This document shows positions 1-7,014 of a DNA stretch of 18,488 bases, in pieces (the stretch's first letter is position 1; each line of letters starts with the position of its first letter). Under the pieces are notes generated by a model. It did not search any database and had not been told where the DNA came from. It saw only the letters and a list, made by a program, of their open reading frames with translations. Source of the stretch: Amoeboradix gromovi X-113 (taxonomy: Eukaryota > Fungi > Sanchytriomycota); assembly GCA_018985225.1 (NCBI GenBank), contig JADGIF010000128.1, positions 1-18,488 on the forward strand. Reading direction: 5' to 3'. The translations under genes were made by a program, and so were the position numbers.

Positions 1-91
1 ATGTTTTTGCTACCTTTTTGTTTGGTTTAGACATCATATTACTATTTTCTTTTTTCTTTCTGTCTTCACTCCTCTCCACTTTACTTTTCAT
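1..91 (-). CDS. Possible 5' end of a Lys/Glu-rich protein gene running off the left edge of the window
   Basis: ATG at 91 (-) opens a stop-free frame MKSKVERSEDRKKKENSNMMSKPNKKVAKT to the window edge, divergent from the PAQR gene. No homology recognised. Confidence 0.3.
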   Translation of the reverse strand, partial: MKSKVERSEDRKKKENSNMMSKPNKKVAKT

Positions 92-138
92 TGATCATGT
101 CCCTTTTTGTTATCTCAGACCCTCAAACATCTCGATTA

Positions 139-1044
139 ATGACCAGCGAAATCTATAAAAGAAAAAGAGAAGCCGGCGTTTTCAAGCAAATAGAGGATAC
201 CGTAACTGATACTGTAGGAAAGGTGCAAAGATTGTTCCATTTCTCTGAAATGAACCATTGGGTCCAGGACAACAAATTCATACACAACGGTTATCGCATG
301 TGTGACACATACATGGAATCCTGGAAGTCTTTGACATACTGGCACAATGAGACAATGAATATCTACACTCATCTAATTAGTGGTATTGCATTTGTTGGTA
401 TAATTTGCAATATTTGGCTAAATTGGAAAGAACCAAAAATGGATAAAATTATGTTTAGTTTGTATTGCATTTGCGCTACAAAGTGCTTCTTTATGTCCTC
501 ACTTTATCACCTACATTGCCATCAGTGCTACAAAACCTATCGAATATTTATGTGTTTAGATTTTGCAGGAATAAGTGTGATGATCATGGGTAGCTGTATT
601 TTAATGACATACTATATCTACTACTGCGATCCTTTTATGCAATTTACCTGGCTTACATTGTCTGTATTAACCAGTTTGGTCGGAATCTTAGGTCCTTTCT
701 TTGAAAGCTTTTCTAAACATCCGTGGTTGCGCGCTGTTTGTTACACTACAAGTGGCGCATTTTCAGGCTTGCCTGTTGCAATGCATATCCTAGCTCACGC
801 TGAAATGCCTTTTAATCCAGCAGGAATTTTATTCTTTTTAGGAATGATTTTATGTTATATTGGCGGAGCAGCAATTTATGTTTACCAAGTACCTGAGAGA
901 TTTTATCCTGGCTATTTTGACTATTTGTTCCATAGCCATCAGATTTGGCACTGTTTTGTGACTGCAGCTGCAGTATTATTTTACTGGTGTGCTTTGGACA
1001 TGATGTATTGGAGGGAAGCAAATGCTTGCAAAATTGTTATTTAA
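139..1044 (+). CDS. PAQR / adiponectin-receptor / IZH family (haemolysin III-like) 7-TM protein
   Basis: Motifs W-x-QDNKFIHNGYR, HNETMNIYTH, SSLYH, LDFAGI, PERFYPGYFDYLFHSHQIWH and seven hydrophobic segments. Alternative start at ATG 97. AATAAA at 1048-1053. Confidence 0.95.
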   Translation: MTSEIYKRKREAGVFKQIEDTVTDTVGKVQRLFHFSEMNHWVQDNKFIHNGYRMCDTYMESWKSLTYWHNETMNIYTHLISGIAFVGIICNIWLNWKEPKMDKIMFSLYCICATKCFFMSSLYHLHCHQCYKTYRIFMCLDFAGISVMIMGSCILMTYYIYYCDPFMQFTWLTLSVLTSLVGILGPFFESFSKHPWLRAVCYTTSGAFSGLPVAMHILAHAEMPFNPAGILFFLGMILCYIGGAAIYVYQVPERFYPGYFDYLFHSHQIWHCFVTAAAVLFYWCALDMMYWREANACKIVI

Positions 1045-1978
1045 CATAATAAATAGTTTTTAATCATTGTACCTACTTTTATTGAAGTCATCTTGTTTGA
1101 AAAGAGCAATATCCTGAAAAAATCTTGTTTGCAGAAATCATACGATGAACTTCCCGATTGCAAGTCTATTGAACATATTTCAACTTGCAAATTCCAGGAT
1201 TTACAACGTAGCAACAAGTTGCGATATCAAGGATTAACGATAAACTATGCTTCGTTTCCAGCAGGTTGCTATAGATTTTTAATTGAGCAGTTCATTTATT
1301 GCAGCAACACGGGCTATACCGCTAGAATATGCTCTTATTCTGGACTTTTCTCACTGTACGAAAAATCGATATTCTTTCTTAACATCAATTGCAATTAGGC
1401 TCAGGCCTCCAGATTCAGAATACATTAAATCTACGAAATCCCTAGAGGATCAGCGGAATCTCTTTTACGCTCTGGAGATGGCCCAAAGCTGGCAAATTAC
1501 GAGGTCTTAAAAGACCAGAAAAGAGCTATGTATTGGAAATTGCATAGGGAATTTCTTTTCTGGTCTTGAAACACATGTCATGAGTATTTGAGGGAGAGTA
1601 TTTTTTTTATCTCTCAACAAGTTCGTTAGAGCTGAACCATTTCCAGTGATAAAAGATAGAGTATCGAGCTTTCATGTCAATGGAAATGTATGCAAAAGAA
1701 TCATTGGTGCAATGAAAAGTCATGTAATCGCGATATATGGTCTACGTGATTGAAGCCGTTAATTGCTTCACAATCATTTTAATAATCTTACAAGATTATT
1801 TCTTACTATCTTTGGTACCTTCATTCGTAAAACGAAATATCAAAATAATGATTAGAACCGCGGCCCAACTTTCCATGGGTGAATGAGTATTAACTTATTA
1901 GCTTCCTTACTGTGTGGTAAATAACATTAATTAAAATCACACTCATCAATCTCATGAGATCTTTTGTTTAAAGCATTT

Positions 1979-2273
1979 GGGACATCAAATATAAAAACTG
2001 GACTAACTTTCTACAACAACTTGGAACATTATTTCAGCTTTATTAATTTTATGGACTTAAGAGGCGAGTGGACATTCAGCTAGTTGACGAGTATAAAAGG
2101 AAAATAAACATTCTGTACAGCTATTCTCTTACTCTTTCATCCAATCTTTATTTCAAATAAACCTCTGATTCACTATTACTCTGTAAAAACTAGAATAGAT
2201 AAGAGTAATGATGTTAGTATAACATTAAATGAAATGAAAAACGAGTTAGTCTAGTTTTTGTATTTGGTGTCCC
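1979..2273. mobile_element. Non-autonomous TIR DNA transposon (MITE), 295 bp, with 30-bp TIRs and a 4-bp ATTT target-site duplication
   Basis: Left TIR 1979-2008 GGGACATCAAATATAAAAACTGGACTAACT versus reverse complement of 2244-2273 GGGACACCAAATACAAAAACTAGACTAACT: 27/30 identical. ATTT at 1975-1978 and 2274-2277. No long internal ORF. Confidence 0.85.
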
Positions 2274-2319
2274 ATTTGGTCTAGGTCTTATAATAGGTGT
2301 CGCGATTATTTTCAATACA

Positions 2320-3126
2320 ATGGAGAAACATTTCACTTCGATTGATTCTAAAATCAAGGACAAAAAAATATACGAGGCTCATCAGTATTCCATGTCAATG
2401 GCTCGTAGAATTAGGAAAAAGAGCCCAAAGGATGCAATTGATCTGCTTGCATTTGCCGTCAAATCTTTAGCACCGTATGAAGATACTTTAGAGATTGCGA
2501 AATATCCGTTGTTGATGGCAAAAGAAGACGCCGAGCTGACTGCTATAGTAATTGAGTTCTGCATTCAATCCACACTGAACTGGGCGAATCAAGTTGACTG
2601 GCTATTAGAATGGGACAAGGTGTGTACTGATTTCAATAACAAAATAGGAAATAGTGCTCAGATACCTACAGCTTTTACACTGAAATACATTGAGCTAGGA
2701 CTACTAGATCAGGCGTTAATTCATTTAGGCAATGCACCGTTAGAAGTCTTGAAAAAAGCTATAAAACTAATTGATGATCAGCGTATTCCACTGTTTAAGA
2801 AGCATCAGTATAGCCCTCTAGTTCCTATGTTTGTAAAGTTGCTGGCTGAAGATAGAACCGGCGCCGTTATTATGATGACTAAAACAATTTTGGATCGAGA
2901 TTTGTACGAAAAAGAATTTGAGCTGTTTGAAATTATTTATACTATGGCCAGGGCAGCCCAATCAGACCTTGACAAGCGAGTGTGGATTGAATTGAGAATG
3001 CTTCTAGAGCAAAGAATTGGGGTAGATATGAAGAAAGACTTGGATGTTGTAGCTCATGTTCTCTTTAATATGCCATTAAAAAAGCAAATGACGATGTCAG
3101 AAATGATGAAAACTATGATGGGATGA
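2320..3126 (+). CDS. GET4: Get4 / TRC35-like protein (tail-anchored protein targeting)
   Basis: N-terminal KIYEAHQ matches the Get4 YEAHQ signature, followed by an ARR..K...AIDLL helix. All-helical, 268 aa, with a Met/Gly-rich C-terminus. Divergent. AATAAA at 3129-3134. Confidence 0.7.
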   Translation: MEKHFTSIDSKIKDKKIYEAHQYSMSMARRIRKKSPKDAIDLLAFAVKSLAPYEDTLEIAKYPLLMAKEDAELTAIVIEFCIQSTLNWANQVDWLLEWDKVCTDFNNKIGNSAQIPTAFTLKYIELGLLDQALIHLGNAPLEVLKKAIKLIDDQRIPLFKKHQYSPLVPMFVKLLAEDRTGAVIMMTKTILDRDLYEKEFELFEIIYTMARAAQSDLDKRVWIELRMLLEQRIGVDMKKDLDVVAHVLFNMPLKKQMTMSEMMKTMMG

Positions 3127-3212
3127 TCAATAAATATATTATAAATTTCTTCATGATGTTTGAGGCGCGTTTCTTTACAAAAGCGAAGTCATCATCTTTT
3201 TATTGCTAAATA

Positions 3213-4151
3213 TCAAAACTCTTTACTGCCAAATTTATCAACGATTTCCATTGCAGACAGGAAAGTACCTTCAATTTTAGAATTTGCAAACTGATCTCCC
3301 CCAAATATTATGTGCTTTGAATTCCCCAAAGGCAGAGAATAAGATTTAAAATCAAATGGGTTTTTTGGCTGGGCGTATTTCCACATCTTGAATTTAGCAC
3401 CCTCTATTGTGATTTTGGTGAACTGACTAAGTTCTTTTTGAACCATCTCTAGAATAAGCTTTTTTGGAGAACTAAAATGCAACTCACTAAAAAGACTAGT
3501 GCAATGAAGCGTTACAATGTTAGAGCTAGAAATGCCTTTTGTTTTGTTATTACAAATGTAGTCTATCACTTCGCCTTTGTATTGATATGCACCACAGTCT
3601 GAAATGTGCTCATCACTTTCAAATAATAGGGTAATGCAGGGATAGTACTCTACCTGCTTTAGTAAGTCTATATCATTCTTTGGGATTGAGACTTGCTCCA
3701 ATAAACGGATTGCTTGGGGAACAGGAAGAGCTAATATTAGAACGTTTGATCGATATTCAGAATTATTAGTTTTCAAAATAAACTCATCCTGCAATTCAAT
3801 GATTTCATTCACTTGTGTCTCAAACTTGATATTCAAACCTTTAGCTAAGTAAGATACCAAATTGCGCATACCATTTCTAGCGTAGTATCTGGGATGTTTA
3901 TCATATTTGGGAGGAAATCCATGGGTCCATAGTCTAGCAAGGTCTTTTTGGATCCACTCATCTACAACCGATTGAAATAAGGATGTGCGGACAGTAAAAA
4001 ACTGTGCACCAATATCAGCTGTATATCTGCAATATCTGGTAGCCAATCTTCCATGGTTTTTAGACTTTTCAAGAGTTGTAGTTACAATGCCTTTCCTATT
4101 TAGGTTACTGGCAATCAAAGTGCCTGCTAAACCACTACCAACAATAATCAT
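3213..4151 (-). CDS. Renalase-like NAD(P)/FAD-dependent oxidoreductase
   Basis: IIVGSGLAG Rossmann motif, EKS..GRLATR, DIGAQFFTVR, GMRNLVSYLA, WKYAQP, GDQF...IEGTFLSA. Intronless. Confidence 0.9.
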   Translation of the reverse strand: MIIVGSGLAGTLIASNLNRKGIVTTTLEKSKNHGRLATRYCRYTADIGAQFFTVRTSLFQSVVDEWIQKDLARLWTHGFPPKYDKHPRYYARNGMRNLVSYLAKGLNIKFETQVNEIIELQDEFILKTNNSEYRSNVLILALPVPQAIRLLEQVSIPKNDIDLLKQVEYYPCITLLFESDEHISDCGAYQYKGEVIDYICNNKTKGISSSNIVTLHCTSLFSELHFSSPKKLILEMVQKELSQFTKITIEGAKFKMWKYAQPKNPFDFKSYSLPLGNSKHIIFGGDQFANSKIEGTFLSAMEIVDKFGSKEF

Positions 4152-4199
4152 TTCAAGGGAAACTAAAAAGAATTTTTTTATTAAATTACTGTTCTTCAG

Positions 4200-4787
4200 T
4201 TACTCTTCTTTTTCATCTGAATCAACCTGCAAAATTTTGTCGCCTAAAATGTTTAACATTTGCATGCAATAATAACGTACGCCGTTATACAGCAAATAAA
4301 AAAGAGAAATCAGTCCTAGGATAGTTGTGGAATACATAATTGAAGCTCCACCGAAGGTAAAAAGATCAAAGTCAAAAAATGACAAGTTGTCTTTCTCGGT
4401 CAAAAATAAAAACGCGACCATTCCTAAAGACAGAGTCGCCCACCAAACCACTTGTCTAGAAATTTGCCATGCATTTTGAACCACACCAGTACCTAGTACG
4501 TACAAAAAATAGTTTAAAAAATAAGCAAGTAAGAGAATAATTATAAAAATTATAATAATTGTTACTACGGTCAAGGTCAATGGATTTTGGATGTATTTGG
4601 CCCATTTCAGACGCTGAATTCTGTACTCATATTTGCAAGAGGGGCATGTGTAAAAACTTCGCTGAGACTGAGCTCTCCACTGGTTGAGACACTCAGTGTG
4701 TACCCATTTTGAACTTCCTTTACATAGGCACGGGCTAATTAGACTATCTTGTTCCTCTGAATCAAAGCATATCCGACATTGTCGCAT
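4200..4787 (-). CDS. Membrane-associated RING-CH (RINGv / MARCH-type) E3 ubiquitin ligase
   Basis: CRICFD...LISPCLCKGSSKWVHTECLNQW...CPSC (C4HC3), followed by about three transmembrane segments. Confidence 0.92.
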   Translation of the reverse strand: MRQCRICFDSEEQDSLISPCLCKGSSKWVHTECLNQWRAQSQRSFYTCPSCKYEYRIQRLKWAKYIQNPLTLTVVTIIIIFIIILLLAYFLNYFLYVLGTGVVQNAWQISRQVVWWATLSLGMVAFLFLTEKDNLSFFDFDLFTFGGASIMYSTTILGLISLFYLLYNGVRYYCMQMLNILGDKILQVDSDEKEE

Positions 4788-4799
4788 TTGGGGTTTGGC

Positions 4800-5156
4800 A
4801 AATTTGTCGAAACCTGTGTAAAAGATTAAATTAGTTGATTGTCATTTATTTACTGTTCAGGGAAGAGAGATGCTGTCACAGTGTGGTTCTAGTGATTAAC
4901 CTCAAAAGGAAAAGAAACCAAGGCAGTCATACCGAATCTTACCCGAAAATTAAAGTGACGCTTGTGCAGACACTACGTCCACACATATCCTCAGGTACTA
5001 TTGAGACAATAAGACATATCATGTGAGTGCCAGCTGAAAACCTATAAAAGCCCAAGTTGACCGAGTAGAAATCATAGTTAAGGTAATTCCTTTAAAACAT
5101 AGGTATAAGGTAAAGGCTACCGCACAAAACTGTTGGTATAGTTTCATCGTAAGCTT
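4800..5156. repeat. Left arm of a 205-bp inverted repeat (4800-4876 plus 5029-5156), interrupted by 152 bp (4877-5028) that is absent from the right arm
   Basis: Reverse-complement match to 5674-5878 with only 2 mismatches by manual alignment. Contains TATAAAAG at 5043-5050. Confidence 0.95.
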
Positions 5157-5278
5157 TCAGTTGTCGCAGATTCTCTACTATGAATTGTCTTAGAGTTCTC
5201 CAACTACCCCAAATTGCGCGAGATGTCCAATCACAATCAATGTGGGGTAATAAAAGGAATCCATTAGAAATTCTCCTA

Positions 5279-5455
5279 ATGAACCCATTAACAGTAGTTA
5301 CGGTAAGCGCAATCCCATTTTTTGGATATCCATATGGCTATTCTCCATATGGCTATAGTTATGGTGGCTATGGTGGCTATGATGGCTATGGTGGCTATGG
5401 TGGCTATTGGGGTGGTTGGGGTGGTTGGGGCGGTTGGGGCGGTTGGGGTTGGTAA
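5279..5455 (+). CDS. Small Gly/Tyr/Trp-rich, putatively secreted peptide (58 aa)
   Basis: MNPLTVVTVSA-IPFFGYPYGYSPYGYSY, then GGY/DGY and GGW repeats in 9-bp units. CCAATCA at 5227, TATA-like TAATAAAAGG about 30 nt upstream of ATG 5279, double stop TAATAA, AATAAA at 5469-5474. The ORF track starts at 5180. Confidence 0.7.
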   Translation: MNPLTVVTVSAIPFFGYPYGYSPYGYSYGGYGGYDGYGGYGGYWGGWGGWGGWGGWGW

Positions 5456-5673
5456 TAACCCGGCCTTCAATAAATACTTTTATGTTATATTCAGTTATTG
5501 AATCTCAATTTAGTTAGATGACTGAAAAACTGGATGCAGAAGCCTAAGTTGAAGTCATTACTAAGTTGGTACCAATGCATTTAAAGAATACCTTTCAATA
5601 ATTTACTTAAAAGCCTAAAAAAGCATTAGCGGAAATCATTTGAAAGGCCATACACTTGCTTGGAAGAAATAGG

Positions 5674-5878
5674 AAGCTTACAATGAAACTATACCAACAG
5701 TTTTGTGCGGTAGCCTTTACCTTGTACCTATGTTTTAAAGGAATTACCTTAACTATGATTTCTACTCGGTCAACTTGGGCTTTTATAGGTTTTCAGCTGG
5801 CACAGCATCTCTCTTCCCTGAACAGTAAATAAATGACAATCAACTAATTTAATCTTTTACACAGGTTTCGACAAATTT
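5674..5878. repeat. Right arm of the 205-bp inverted repeat
   Basis: Reverse complement of 4800-4876 joined to 5029-5156. Confidence 0.95.
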
Positions 5879-6915
5879 AGCGCTAGCAATTATGCTTATT
5901 ACCTGATGGATCCTAAGGGTAGATTGACTATATAGCTCAGTAGTATCCAAATTTTATATTAAATAGTATCAAACAAAGCTGTAATTACCACTCTTAAGAG
6001 AGTCGTACTCTGAAATACTTTATTTATTTTTTGTAATTTCTAGAGAATTTAAAATCTCTAGACACAATTGAATGACTGATGTAGGAGAAATCATCAACAT
6101 TTTGCAAGCAGCCAAATTCTTCCACATGGTTTGGTTGAATGATATCTTCCCAATAACTGTTGAAATCCGTCATTTGAAAATTTTATTTGAAATTGCTTGA
6201 ATGAGGCTTTTTTATTGAACACACCATTTATAATGAAAACATAAGCTTTATCTGTTTAATAGCTGCTCTTACTTTAATTTCCCATTCACATCCTCTATGG
6301 AAAATTTATCCAAAGCACCACAGTATGAACATACCAAATCCTGTACACATCTGACAACCTTTTTCTGTGCCATTTAAAAGATATTCAAGACTCTTTTCGC
6401 GTTGCGCATCTTCGTCAAAAGTGATCGCCTTAGTGCGAAACTAAGCTAACAAACAAATATGGATCATACTGTTTTTGGACTTCACTGGCGCCATGAATAT
6501 TAAAGACATTAGAAAGTTGTCGTTTGCAATTCAGTAGGGATTTTAAGGCAGCAAAAGACGCATGCTTCAATTTTTTGATGCATCTCTGTTAAACTCCGTC
6601 ACGAAGTAAAGCAAGCGTGAGAAACCCTTGTGACCTATCGATTGAGTAACTTTGAGGAAATTCTTGATTTTTTCGTAAAACAGAACTTTTAATGAGTGTT
6701 AACTTGAAGTGGGATTTACTCTTCAATTACCAAGAGTAAAGAGATGGAATCCAATGATTTTATCAGTCATTCTTTAATTATTTATTAAACGCTGAGACGT
6801 CTGTAAAACTGTTTATGGAAGTAGCAGAGAATAGAATCTGGCGCACGACACTCATTACATTCAATAAAGTTATCCATTGTTATTCAATTGACTTTGTCGT
6901 ATGTATTGACTGGTG

Positions 6916-6971
6916 TGATTGGACGGAGGAAATTAAAAACAGTAACAGTCTGATTGGCAAAATCTGATTGG
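6916..6971 (-). promoter_or_regulatory. Cluster of three CCAAT boxes (CCAATCA on the - strand) upstream of the ABCG gene
   Basis: TGATTGG at 6916-6922, 6951-6957 and 6965-6971, 45-100 nt before ATG 7015. Matches the NF-Y/HAP consensus. Confidence 0.5.
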
Positions 6972-7014
6972 AGAGTTCCTGCTATTAATATCATGATGCT
7001 ATTATGAAAGCAAA

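Noticed and set aside
1061-1510. Short ORFs 1093-1398 and 1283-1510 (+), and a stop-riddled - strand frame
   Set aside because: Non-ATG starts and no recognisable motif. Possibly a decayed gene, but I cannot support a call.
1917-1930. GTAAATAACATTAA, identical to the first 14 nt of the 19-nt intron
   Set aside because: No AG acceptor at a suitable distance and no flanking coding frame. An AT-rich coincidence cannot be excluded.
4877-4919. CACAGTG heptamer at the start of the 152-bp segment, followed by an A-rich AAAGAAACC (RAG RSS / Transib-like)
   Set aside because: The spacer is 27 nt rather than 12 or 23, the nonamer match is imperfect, there is no matching heptamer at the other end and no 5-bp TSD. 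Likely chance.
5407-5452. TTGGGG-containing 9-bp repeats as an interstitial telomere
   Set aside because: The units are in-frame Gly-Gly-Trp codons with synonymous variation and end at a stop codon plus AATAAA. Coding explains them better.
6020-6450. Broken - strand frames ending in MTDFNSYWEDII...RNYKK* plus AATAAA, and a 24-bp imperfect palindrome at 6039-6062
   Set aside because: No family recognised, multiple stops, and the palindrome is short and AT-rich.
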